Source: Phoronis australis (taxonomy: Eukaryota; Animalia; Phoronida). Taken from it: DNA of 64,000 nt. The notes beneath the pieces were generated by a model, which was given only the letters and a program-made list of their open reading frames with translations, did not search any database and was not told the origin of the DNA. The translations under genes were made by a program, and so were the position numbers. The stretch spans positions 686,570 through 750,569 of the forward strand of contig NMRA01000129.1 of the NCBI GenBank assembly GCA_002633005.1, given 5' to 3'. Position 1 is the stretch's first letter. Each line of letters opens with the position of its first letter. Below, piece by piece: positions 11,901 to 23,256 of the stretch.

Positions 11901-12390
11901 AGCACACACGGGGCTTCAGCATCCACACACTTTTTGTCAGTTAGTTGACCCTGTTGACCGCAATTGTCCACGAATATAGTAATCTTAGGTCTTTTTGGGA
12001 ATTTGTGGCCATCTGTCGAAGACTTGCACCAGGGAAATTAGCAGTAATAAGGCTTAGCGCGACGACGTATTTTGATAAAAATTCCATCTTTTACCAGTTG
12101 TTTACATGCAGACAGCCACGCAAGCGCAATTCAATCACCACTAGTACAGCAGCGACACCGCGAGGAGAATTCTCCGAATAGCCCCATTAAGTAAAGATCC
12201 TGCGAACGGTTTAGGAGATACAGCCATAGGCGCAACAAAAACAAAACTGCCACTAGGAGGCGCCACAGTAGTCGAAATCGTCGTAAATTCATCGTCAACC
12301 GGCCTCTTTATAGTAATCCAATTTTCACAATCATCCTTTGAGGGGTTTGGTTGATAGATGTGCTCACAATTCCCGTTGGACTTCGTCTCA
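8941..12390. mobile_element. Decayed minisatellite-bearing repeat(s), possibly Helentron/DINE-like, spanning the assembly gap
   Basis: Recurring CCACTAG(G/T)NGGC(G/A)C and AAATTT..TAAAGATCC motifs at 9055, 9198, 9319, 9465 and 12250; AACTAGA(T/G)GGCG at 8942 and 9573; hairpin-like CCCGTTGGACTTCGTC at about 12371. Confidence 0.4.
10289..11265. other. Assembly gap (977 N)
   Basis: Run of N. Confidence 1.
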
Positions 12391-12595
12391 TTTCTGGCGG
12401 CACCGACAATATGGCGACTTTTGCTGAACTGAAAGGCATGTTCAATCGGCTACTTCGTAATTTGTGAAGATTTAACGTTAATACATTTTGACAAACGTTG
12501 CTACAAAAAAGGAACTAGACGTTTTTAAAGTCATTTCAGAATAAAAATTTATTAAAAGAAATTAGCCCTATTATGTGATGTTGCTGTTATGGTTT

Positions 12596-12675
<80 letters not shown>

Positions 12676-12693
12676 ATTGTTGTTGTTGTTGTT
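12596..12693. repeat. (GCT)n/(GTT)n microsatellite
   Basis: About 24 GCT units flanked by GTT units. Confidence 0.95.
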
Positions 12694-13375
12694 TTATCTC
12701 ACACAATTTGTTCACTGACCTCTTGATTTAATCCTAAATATCGAAAGAAACGAAAACGGTTTGTCGTCTTAACTTCAGTGAAAATGAAAAAGAGTAATTT
12801 CCTTATTCACTTGAAAGGTGAATATGGACCATCCATATTTATCGCCCTGTTTTTCAAGTCTCAATTTTAATTCAGACACGTCGAACGCCGGGAGGAACAC
12901 AAGAGCTTTCAAAGGTATTCGATTTTGCACAAGCAAACGGGCGGCACATACTTCAAGTGTCCGCGGTTCCGGTACCGATAACAGCCGCTGACTAAATAAA
13001 CACATTACGAAATTATCCAACGTCGTCGGCAGCGGATCATCTCTCTCGTTTTCAACTTCAAGACGCCTTCTCCACGGCTCATTGGCTCAGCCAGGCCCCA
13101 TCGCCCCTACCTCAGGGTCTCCTCACATGCTAGACCACTGACTCCGTCCCCTCCGAGGTATCAGTATTGCTTGCACCTACCCCTCAGGCGTCAGCATTTC
13201 CTGCGCCTCTTTCCACCCCGGTGTCACCATTGCCGCCACCCCCATTACATCCGCGGTGTCACTTCTGCCTGCACCTTCCCCTGACCCTTATCCCACCCCC
13301 CACACCATGTACAGCCATTTTCTTATTTATTTGTTACTCATTACCTATACCAGGCCTATCTCCGCTGCTTGATAG

Positions 13376-13812
13376 CCATTTTGTTATGCCACGGCCTATA
13401 TTTTTGTCACGGAACCAGTGCCTACGTCTATTTCTGCCCTTAGCTAACCATTTTGTTCGGCCTCTGGCTATATTTTATGTTCACATTAAATTTATCGTGT
13501 TACTCATCCATAACTTTGTTACCCATTTTGTTCGGCCACTGGCTACATTTTGCGTACACATAAGTTTTAGCTTGTTACTCAACCTCAACTTTGTTACTCA
13601 TTTTGTTCGGACACTGGCTATATTTTACGTACATAATAGTTTTATCTTGTTACTCTAACTTAATTTTTTACCCATTTTGTTCAGCCACTGACTATATTTT
13701 TGTGTACATACTAACTCATCTTGTTACTCTACCTCAACTTTGTTACCCATTTGTTCGTTCACTGGCTACATTTTGTGTACACATAAGTTTTAGCATGTTA
13801 CTCTACCTCAAC
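13376..13812 (+). repeat. ~75-bp minisatellite, about 5-6 diverged copies
   Basis: CCATTTTGTTCGGCCACTGGCTA-like unit starts near 13449, 13523, 13599, 13672 and 13747. Confidence 0.85.
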
Positions 13813-13822
13813 TAGACTCCTA

Positions 13823-14991
13823 CAGCCGATTTCATAAAGGTGGTTTAAAGTTAAACCTGGTTTAAACAGGACTTAGACCAGGTTTAAAGATAATCTGCAT
13901 TTCATAAAGGTGTTTCAACTTTTAGACCAGTGGTCTAGTAAAACCTGGTTTAACTCCAGTTTAGACCTGGTCTAAGTCAGTTTTCATTTCAACAACGAGG
14001 TGTATATTCTTTAGAACTGTATTAGATCTTAAACCATGTTTAACTTTAGACTTGGTCAGACCTAGGTTTAACTGTCAGACTTGCATGGTATAGGTACAAT
14101 TGAATGATGCCGCGGAGTGCATTTGCGACGCAGTTTTAGAGCGAAAATGGACTATTTTCAATATTCAGTTTTACTGTGACACAAGATCAAACGTAGCAGG
14201 AGTGGATCCAGGATTTTTTAAAGGGGGGGGCGGTCAAGGACTTTTTGAAAGGGGGACCAAGTCAACAATTTGAAAATTATAGATTTAATATCACTAAAAT
14301 CAAGGGAAAAAAGGGGGATCCGCACCCCTTGACCCCCGTGGATCCGCCTATGAGTAGACCAGTACTTGCTGGAGTGTGTCCTGCGGATTTCTCAGAACAC
14401 GACTGGTCGAGCAGGGCGTCATCGTCGTAAGCGCTACGGATATGACTTAAGACAGCATCTTCTGATTCTTCTGACTGAGTTCCACCTCCACTGTTCTCCG
14501 ATATAATGTTGCCAGGAAGGGTTCTTGCCCCGCCCCCCTCCCCTTTGGCCGCTGAAATAAACACAAAAATGACAAGGGAATAAATTTGGGCAATTATCAT
14601 GTTACACCTAATCGGGAGCATGTTCTTTAATGTGTGTGTGTTGGGCACAGAAATTACAGTTTTCCTCGTGAGAAAAGCTTTTAGATGTTTTTCGTAAATG
14701 TCTGCACTGATTCTACTAGTGTATGCCATTGTATACCCACGTGACCAAGGTTTCATTGAAGCACTTCAATAGTTTCTTTGTTGGGTTTATCGAGCTCGAC
14801 ACAGTGGGGTGCCTTTGATACTTTAAACCTGGTTTTACTGAACCAGCTCCCTGGTCTAGCAAAACCAGGCTTTCAGACTCTTAAACCATGTTGGTGAAAT
14901 GCAAGTCAGGTCTAAGATTAGACCAGGTTTAGGAAGACCAGGTTTAAGTCTTAAACCTGGTTTTGTTGAACCACCTTTATGAAATCGGCTG
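13823..14991. mobile_element. Non-autonomous PIF/Harbinger-like DNA transposon
   Basis: TIRs CAGCCGATTTCATAAAGGTGGTT / AACCACCTTTATGAAATCGGCTG; 3-bp TSD CTA on both sides; many subterminal AAACCTGGTTT/AGACCAGGT motifs. Confidence 0.8.
14197..14352. mobile_element. Short MITE nested in the Harbinger-like element
   Basis: Imperfect termini CAGGAGTGGATCCA / TGGATCCGCCTATG with G- and C-rich subterminal runs; no clean TSD. Confidence 0.55.
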
Positions 14992-16098
14992 CTATTGTCG
15001 GTTAGCCTAACTCGATATCTACTCCTGTTAGCCATTTTTTCATCTACTAGATTTGTGTTTTATTTTCTGTATTATGCTTTCGATTCCGTTCATTTAGTAT
15101 CCATTTATTCCTGCCACGACACAAGGTGAGACAACACCTGGCATCTGTTCCAGCCACGGGCAATCGTACCTCCAGCTCCGGTTTGGCACCCGGAGTAAGT
15201 GTTGGGTATCCGGCTGACAGCACTTGTAATTAGTCCTGCACATTTTAAATTTTTTTTGCGTTCCTGCGGATGGGCATGAGCTGTCTTACAACATCTCTTG
15301 TGGCGCTTTTTTATTGCCTATCTTACCAGAGATTATATATTTTGTATTTTTTATTTTATTCACTATCTATTACTTGTAATTGTATTAGTCATAATAAATG
15401 ACCTTATATCGCCTACCTCGGTCTCCTTTTCATCTCTTGTAACGCACGCGCAAAGTAATAAGAATTAAATTGAAGAAAACCCAGGAACAACAATACTCTG
15501 CGCTAACACGCTCAGAGTAATCAAAACTCAGTCGAGAGGACGACAGGAAATTCACAATGCCAACTCTCGCAGCAAGTCTCGGGGTCGCAAACTTTATACA
15601 TAGGTCACGTGCGGGAGATGCATGTCTAGAGTTCTATGCAACAAGGTAATTTCCCCCGTAACACTTATTACACATTAATTCTTATTTTTAGATATTCAAG
15701 CATTGTCTTGAATGAATCCACTGTGACATCAGTGCCAATACAATCTGGTCTTTGCTCAGAATTCGAATAGTATAAGGCAAATAGATAAATCTTTTTGGTC
15801 ATTTCATTTCTGATACCTTTGTCTATGACAAGATTTGCTTTCCTAATTAATTTAGCTCTGGAATGGTATTTTCTAAAACTTTTACATTATACAAAATAGA
15901 CTTTCAATGGTATTGTTACAGCACTAGAACAACGTGTTTTGACATGTGCTATAATTGTGAATGTATGTCGTGTACACTGTATACACCTGTGGTGCTTTAG
16001 ACCCTGTGAAGGCATCAGTTATAGCATTCAGTCTTCGATGAGAGACTCTGCATGGAAAAAGTTGTTAAAAATCACTCGACACTGAAAATTTCCGGGAA

Positions 16099-16293
16099 TC
16101 AACACATAGGGGCGTCTTTAAAAACTCCGAAAACGTTTATCAAAAGAAACGTGATGACATTTAGCACGACTAGGAATCCGATAGCAATGCTTCCGGACGA
16201 CATTAACTGTTCTCTGCTTGAGTTTCGCAATTTCACGACGATTGCAACTTTAACATAACCCCATAAAACCGTCATCACAAGCCAGGCAGACAC
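16099..16293 (-). CDS. SLC52A: SLC52-family (riboflavin transporter-like) protein, coding exon 3 of 3
   Basis: TTTCAG acceptor, phase 0; VSAWLVMTVLWGYVKVAIVVKLR...LLINVFGVFKDAPMC* resembles the SLC52 C-terminus (W...SYVKV....LR...P.VN....F). Confidence 0.85.
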   Translation of the reverse strand: MSAWLVMTVLWGYVKVAIVVKLRNSSREQLMSSGSIAIGFLVVLNVITFLLINVFGVFKDAPMC

Positions 16294-16432
16294 CTGAAAC
16301 ATAAAATGACATGTTTTTACCCGTCACTACTAGACACGACACCATTGACCACTTATTGAAGAAACTGATAACCCTAAAGCGCTCATACGTTGGTTTAGAA
16401 TACAGTCTTAGAGCTTTTTAATGCAGCGATTT

Positions 16433-16826
16433 AGACCTTGTCCTCACGATTGCGTTTCAAGTAGAAAACGCAAATTTTCCTGGCGTTTCAAAAACTTTTC
16501 TTCGTAGAGTTTTCGTTTTCGTATCATTTTTCCTATCCACACAAATACCCGAGACGTAGCATTTTCTTTGCTTGTTCAGAACGTGACTTCAAAGTTTTCC
16601 GTCCAGAAAAATACACCAATAGGGTTGTGGTCGGCGTTGCCGAAACGTTTCGTTTTCGCCGTCTTCACGAGTGCATGGAAAACTGCGCTTAAAAAATGTA
16701 AAATGGAAAGCGTTTTCATTAATTTGCGATTCGTTGTCATTTTAGTGGAAACATGAAGACGGAAAACGTAACCGTAAAGAATACGTTACGCTTTCAAATG
16801 AAAACAAAATCGTGTGGAAGTGGCCT
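16433..16826. mobile_element. Old MITE (Harbinger-like) in SLC52 intron 2; partial paralog at ~8030-8330
   Basis: Imperfect termini AGACCTTGTCCTCACGATT / AATCGTGTGGAAGTGGCCT and internal CGTTTTC/GAAAACG repeats. Confidence 0.45.
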
Positions 16827-17022
16827 TGACGGGAGTTAGTTACAGGTTTGATCCTGTAGTTACACTATACGTGAGGCTTAGTGCAAATCTTTATCGAGAA
16901 AATAGGTGAATCATCAATACAGATGGCCACACCAAGACGGTCTAGTCAGTTTGAAGACCGATTAAGACTTTCGTCTATCACGGGCAATTGACTTCCTCAG
17001 AATTACGCCAGGTAGCGCTTGN

Positions 17023-17247
17023 CACGGGTGCTTCACTTCAGCCCTCCATAGCTAACATAAAACTCAATAAATTTACACAAAACAAGGTTTCAACAAACCA
17101 TTGGCAATTGTTCTTTCTTCCAATATCATTCACGGTGTCCTGTTCCGGCGAAGAAAGAACAATTGCAAATGGTTTGTTGAAACCTTGTTTTGTGTAAATT
17201 TATTGAGTTTTATGTTAGCTATGGAGGGCTGAAGTGAAGCACCCGTG
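17023..17247. mobile_element. Foldback/MITE-like palindrome with 98-bp arms and a 29-bp spacer
   Basis: 17023-17120 is the reverse complement of 17150-17247 with one mismatch; absent from the paralogous segment near 8330. Confidence 0.85.
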
Positions 17248-17925
17248 GAATTTCTAGTCGGGAGTGTCATACCTTGTAGTATTATATGTAGTGTATTGGG
17301 GACGATCAGAAGCTGAGGACGCCTGTGGTGGTAGCTTCTTATTAATTTGTTATTAACTCGTGAGGAAACAAGTTATTAATTTCTATAGTTACGACATACT
17401 AATAACTTGTCGGAACGAATTCTTTTAAACGTGTTGCATAAGCAATGGGGACGAGTTCTTAAATCGTGGGAACGAGTTAGTTAAAAGGATTCCAAACCCT
17501 GTTTGGACTAGCAGATATTCAAAATGACTTTTTCATCCATTTCTCTGAAACAACACAAGGCTCCGTGTAACCCTCGACAACCTTGGAATTTTTTTTTAAA
17601 TTTGGTGCAAAATTTCTAACACTCCTTAAAAAATTTGCTAAACGGGCAAGCGTGACCTAGTACGCTTTAGGCGACCCCCCACCAAGAACCATTTTACCCA
17701 TTGTGTCCCAAAGAGTACGGATCTTTACTTGAGTCCGACTTTTATCATACAAGTGGAACTCCAGTGATGCATTAGCAGAAACAGGTTTTGGTGTCCTTTT
17801 AACAATTCATTCCTACTATGAAGCGTCTATACGATGAGTAAAAGGAAAAAATCAAACATTCCATGGCATTTGCCCTCGTTTAGATTTCATGTCAAAAATG
17901 GTAGCAATGAAAAGAATCTAGTTAC

Positions 17926-18134
17926 CGCCAGAACAGGTCCGGCAACCGTGTCTTTCATAGGAGGGTATGGACTAAGTGCAGCCAATAAAATTATATATAC
18001 AGACGGCACCAGTCCCAGGAATGTTATGCAGGTGACCACTTTAGTCGAGCGAGTGGGAAAGATGTAGGCAACGAAACTGGATATCGGAAGGAGGACACGA
18101 TTGAGACGGTTTCCCAAACTGAAAGTAAGATTGC
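17926..18134 (-). CDS. SLC52A: SLC52-family protein, coding exon 2 of 3
   Basis: TTCCAG acceptor (phase 1) and GTAACT donor (phase 0); ...YIILLAALSPYPPMKDTVAGPVLA matches the SLC52 A..SP.PP....G..L motif. Confidence 0.85.
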
Positions 18135-18659
18135 CTGGAAAGAAAAAAAAACCTTGAGTCTTTAAATTACTACGCAAGCACGTGCTTTCCAATGTCATCA
18201 AGTGAGCGTACATGGTGTCATGTAATTTGAAGTCAAGACAATCCAACAATCAGTACCGAAACATATTCAAAACAAAGCCGATTTGAACCACTTATTTACT
18301 GCACTGCAAAAAGAATTAAGATTTTCAATGAAAAGCGTCAGACGACCTCTCGCAGTGACACTAAAAATGCAATGGGAATTAGCCCTAAGGATGCGAATAG
18401 TTGTGTTTTGTGTAACTTATATCATATAACTTTTGTCTTCCATGTACAGCTGGCTATAACTGATTGGTACAGTTGGTTTCGCTTGTTTTTTGTGTAGATT
18501 AGTTTATTGTCTACTGTTTATTGAAAACTTATAAGCCACACCAGTTGGCTCTTAATCTATAGGCTTTTTACTTTCTAACAAGTTCCAAACGTTGAAAAAT
18601 GTCACAGAATGTGATCTAATGTGCATTGCTGCGTGTATCTTATGCACCAATCAACTTAC

Positions 18660-19680
18660 CGTACGGCAGTAATGAATAAGTCTGAAGAGGATACAAAACA
18701 CCGTATTGCATGCCATACTGTACGCCATACTGAGAAGCAATCAGCACATACTCCCAAAACGGCAATTTGTCCTTTCCCTCCGCCTCAGTATCCGTTTCAT
18801 TAGCTTCGTCTTCATTGCGGTTTCCTTTCAGGAAAGCTTGTTTTGTACCATTGTCGCGCTTTTTGTTGTCATCGTTGTAGTTGTCCGTGTCTCCACTTGA
18901 AACATGGTGTTTCTTACACCACGGATGAAAGTTAATGAGAGCGAAAGATAGAAAACTGAAGGCCAAAATTGTGCTTACGATAGACAAAAATGCCTCTATG
19001 GAAAAAAGGGGGTCTCGTAATACAGCTTCAACCTTCCACGTGAGGTTTTCACGTGAGAAATTATACACTGAGAGAGTTTGGGATGCGTTTTTTAATTCAA
19101 TCCCGATGTCGTCGTTGTAGGTGCTGTCATTGATAGGTGACGGTATTGTCGCGTTGACACATTCATATTCACCTGCTCCTTGTAAAAAAGCAAATACTGA
19201 CGGAATGAACCCACACAGGCCTTCTCCATCAAAAAAGGCCGAGACGTAAGCTTCAGGTAACCGCGCAAGGTAGGCTAAAAATGCCACCGTAGATGTGGAA
19301 TCTACTGTGGAGAGGAAGAAACATAAGCACAAGAATGCAAGACTTCGCGGTTCGCCACCAATAACAACTGTCTTGTGCCAGAAAAATATTTGCAAGACGC
19401 TGCCTAAGAAACCTGTGCCAATTACAATGAAGATGATGGGAACTTCACGGAAGATCCGAGGTTTGTACTTGCTACCCAAGTTATATATGATCGGAAAAAT
19501 GGCCGTTGCGTCACAGATGAGGAGAAGATAGCTTGGTAGAGCCCAATATTCCGGAAGACGATTCACTAGCAACGGAAGTTCTGCCCATAACGCATCTATG
19601 TCAATCCACGAAGAGATGTTGAAGACAATTACCAAGATGTACAGAGGAATGGAAATGCAACCGTCCTTTGGAGTGCTCAT
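18660..19680 (-). CDS. SLC52A: SLC52-family protein, coding exon 1 of 3 (whole CDS 474 aa)
   Basis: ATG at 19680; SSWIDIDALWAELPLLVNRLPEYWALPSYL, VDSTSTVAFL, GEGL.G, QGAG..ECVN, QTYSLLPYG motifs of the SLC52/GPR172 family; GTAAGT donor. Confidence 0.9.
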
Positions 19681-20631
19681 CTTGACAGATGAAAACCGGT
19701 CTACTTTCAAATGAAAATAGGTGAATGACCGTAGGACATGAACGCGTCGTTATCTTTATTTGTCCTTCAGGTTTATGAACGTGTCAAGAGCGCACTACGT
19801 TTTATGGACGTCGGGCGATTAAAAAATTGGCATGCTGCAATTGCAAACTGTGATTTCCCTAGGCACAGATTTTTAAGAGGATTTTCAGCTGTTCAAGTAG
19901 CCCAAATACATTCCCAGGCACTTCCGATGCTTGCTCTTGTAAATTTAATCCTAAATTCTCACTTTTTATAACTAAATCTCAGTCTGAGCTCCATCTTGAT
20001 TGTCAGTCACGATTCTAACTACTAAAATCCATAAAAGAAAATTGACGTTGTCGACATGTCGTACCTCTACTCAAGTTGATGTTTGTCACTGGAAAGCGCT
20101 TCTACAGGCTATTGTGCAGGCTACGTACGCTATCTGCATCAATGAGATACGCACGTGATTGAAAGTGAGATTCGAAGGCTTCCCTACTTTTCCGTATCAC
20201 ATTCACCGTTGTCCAAATGCTACTGGAACAAAACACCTATAGGCCTGCATTGCATAACTTGTATAAGGAAGACATTACTATTGGTAATGCCTCCCTGCTT
20301 ATATGTAACTAGATAAACCCTGGCATCCGTTAAAAAACAACTTAAGGCATTTACAACTATAAATCTGATACTAACTTGTTTCTTGTTGAGATAAGGTAAG
20401 ATTTATGGCTTGGGAACAACTCACAGTTCGTTATTGCTTAAAATCTAGCACATTAAGTTGGTTTGTCACGGCAGGTCATATGTGCCGAGCACTGCCGAAC
20501 TGCCAGGCCTTCCCTACGTCAAAACACCCCTCATCTGCCTGGGAAACAAAGAGATCAATTATATAGTTGAAAATGTTCTCAATCAAAAGTATGTTCTTTG
20601 ACTGCCGAGGGCGGGTTCATAGTCCCATTAA

Positions 20632-21984
20632 AGGCGAAGGCAACCTTTTTCCATGATATTTTGAGCTAAAATAAGGTTGATTGGTTATCCTAGACATATT
20701 TTCCACTTAATTACAGCTTTTCGTAATTTTATTAATTACTCGTCCGCTACTCCGGAAGTGACGTTTTAAGAGGCAAGCATTTCCCGCCACTTGGTTTTCA
20801 TATAGTCTGACTGTGAGAGGTGCCGAGTCAGTCATTGTTCTACCTCGGTTGTGTTAAGTTCCGTCGTCGTTTGCTTTCATTTACTAGTCAGCCAACATGC
20901 CACACTGTTGCTGCGTACCAGAATGTACATGTACTAATTATCGGCTCACGCACGCTTTGGGAGTACCTTTGCATCGCTTTCCGATGGATGACACACTTCG
21001 CCGTACTTGGCTCGTTCGTGTGAAGAACGCAGCGTTACCCGTCCACGCAACGTAAAAAGCAGTGGAGAATTAACCGTGTGTGTGGCAAGCACTTTCTGCC
21101 GTCCGATTACGAAAGGGATTTATACGCTGAACTGATGAAGGTCCCTGCGAAACAACGTCTGAAGAAGGATGCCATTCCTTCTGTGTTGATTCCCGGCAGT
21201 GCCCCGTCGCTACCCCCGGGAAGTGCGTTTTTGAAGCGAGAAGCCTCGCGAGCTGTGGCCAGTACAGTGACTGGAGCCCGGCAGTGGAGGCACTTCATCT
21301 ACTGTCACCCGTGCCTCCGAACGTACCCCAGAGCGTGTAATTCCTGGAACCAGTAGTGATTCGCCCTGTACTGTTTTCTCCAGCCCAGAGCCTCTAAGCA
21401 GCCCTGCAGCGATATTGAGTGGTGGGAGTGATTACACGCTCAGTTCGGCACCCAGTGAAGAGAACAGTTCTTCGTCCAGTGAACAGATCGGTGAGCCAAA
21501 CTTTGATAAGTTTATTGTGGACTTGTCTAAAGTGTTGGAGCTATTTAGAAGGTGCCAGGTGTGTTGCGAGGGAGTCACACGACACGAAAAAATTCCTCGT
21601 CACCACTGTTGTGAACAAGGTCTCCGTTACTCACACTACTGCCACTGTGATACGGGTCACCGACTCCAGCCATTTTCAGCTTACAACACGTAGTTGAGTT
21701 CTCTACTAACCTATCTTGCCGCAGAATACTCGCCGATGGAAAGTGGTGGCCACAATTGTTGAAAAACAGCACAAACCAAAAGTAGAATAGAACAGATTCG
21801 CACAGTAAAGTCAACGCAAAACCAAGTGGCGGCAAACGCTTGCCTCCTAAAACGTCACTTCCGGAGTAACGGACGAGTAACTTATAAAATTACGAAAAGC
21901 TGTAATTAAGTGGAAAATATGTCTAGGATAACCAACCAACCTTATTTTAGCTCAAAATGACATGGAAAAAGGTTGCCTTCGCCT
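20632..21984 (+). mobile_element. Kolobok-like DNA transposon (internal-deletion derivative) with THAP remnant
   Basis: TTAA TSD at 20628-20631 and 21985-21988; AGG...CCT termini; ~167-bp near-perfect TIRs. Confidence 0.88.
20897..21570 (+). pseudogene. Disrupted THAP-domain transposase N-terminus
   Basis: MPHCCCVPEC..LHRFPMD..RRTWL..(stop, frameshift)..VCGKHF..LKKDAIPSV (THAP C2CH and AVPT-like motif), then KFIVDLSKVLELFRRCQVC; no DDE core. Confidence 0.8.
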
Positions 21985-22117
21985 TTAACCTGTAAGTCAA
22001 TTCGAAGACAGCCGCTCGGGCTAGCATCAACTGAAAGATTCCTTTCTTTGAACAGATAATCCTATTCTGGAGTCATTTGTAAATAAAACAATAAAAGAAA
22101 TGATTATGTGATGTTGC

Positions 22118-22142
22118 TGTTATTATTATTATTATTATTATT

Positions 22143-22188
<46 letters not shown>
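22118..22188. repeat. Compound (TTA)n(TTG)n microsatellite
   Basis: Direct reading; occupies the position paralogous to the (GCT)n tract at 12596. Confidence 0.93.
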
Positions 22189-23256
22189 TATCTCCAATGA
22201 AAAATCATATGTTATTCACAGAATTTGTTCATTGACCATTTGATTTTATCCTAAATATCGAAAGAAACGAAAATGATTTATCGTCTTAACTTCAGTGAAA
22301 ACGAAAAAGAATAATTGCCTTATTCATCGATATTTATCGCCCTGTATTTCAAGTCTCAAATTTAATTCAGACACGTCGAACGCTGAGAGGAACACAAAGA
22401 GCTTTTAAATGTATTCGATTTTGCACAAGCACAACAGACGGTACTCTTGAAATGCCGGCGATCTCAAAGAACAAAGTATGACCACATACTTCAATTGCCC
22501 GCGGTTCCGGATAAGGATAACAGCCGCTGAATGAAATATTCCATGCAATGTTTGATTTGGCAAATAGCAGCTGGCGAAATGCGACCACAAATTAAACTGT
22601 CGGTGTAAAGGGACTTCGGCATCCCCTCTCCCCTAACTTAGTGTGCAGTCAGTTCATCTATTTGAATATAGCATACCGGACTTGTATGTTGGACATTTGA
22701 TATTTGCAAGCAGAATGTTGAAAACAGCGTCCATTCTTCCTCTCTCTCCTGTCACACAAGGTACCGAGTTCAACCAAACTTACCTCACTCGCCAAACGCG
22801 ACTTCCAATATCTGCGCCAGAATCAATGGACACCGAAATATTGCGTGATGTTTCGTGACAGAGTTGAATATTTTTGCATTCTGTGTTGAAGTGGGGAAAT
22901 TGGCAACTTTCACCCAAATATTCATTATAAAAAATGAAAGTCGTTGGCTATCTTAACATGTGACTAAGTTATGGGCATCATAGGTTCAGTTTGCTGAGAC
23001 ACCTAGGCAAAAGGTTTTCGCTACCAACGGGATTGCAATCCAAAATTCTGGCGTTTGGGGTGACTGAAAAAATTGTGACACTCAGGAAGGGACGGAGCAC
23101 AGGCCTCTAAAATTTAGAGCATCGACACAGGTAGTTGTCATCCAGTATATTCAGTACTGCTATAGACATATACCCCCGACCGTATGTTTGGACTTGACCT
23201 CGTCCCGAAAATATCATCTGTTGTTATTCGGACATTTTCAATATGATTACTAAAAT

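Noticed and set aside
13167-13815. Pro-rich and hydrophobic ORFs
   Set aside because: They run through C-rich low-complexity DNA and the 75-bp minisatellite.
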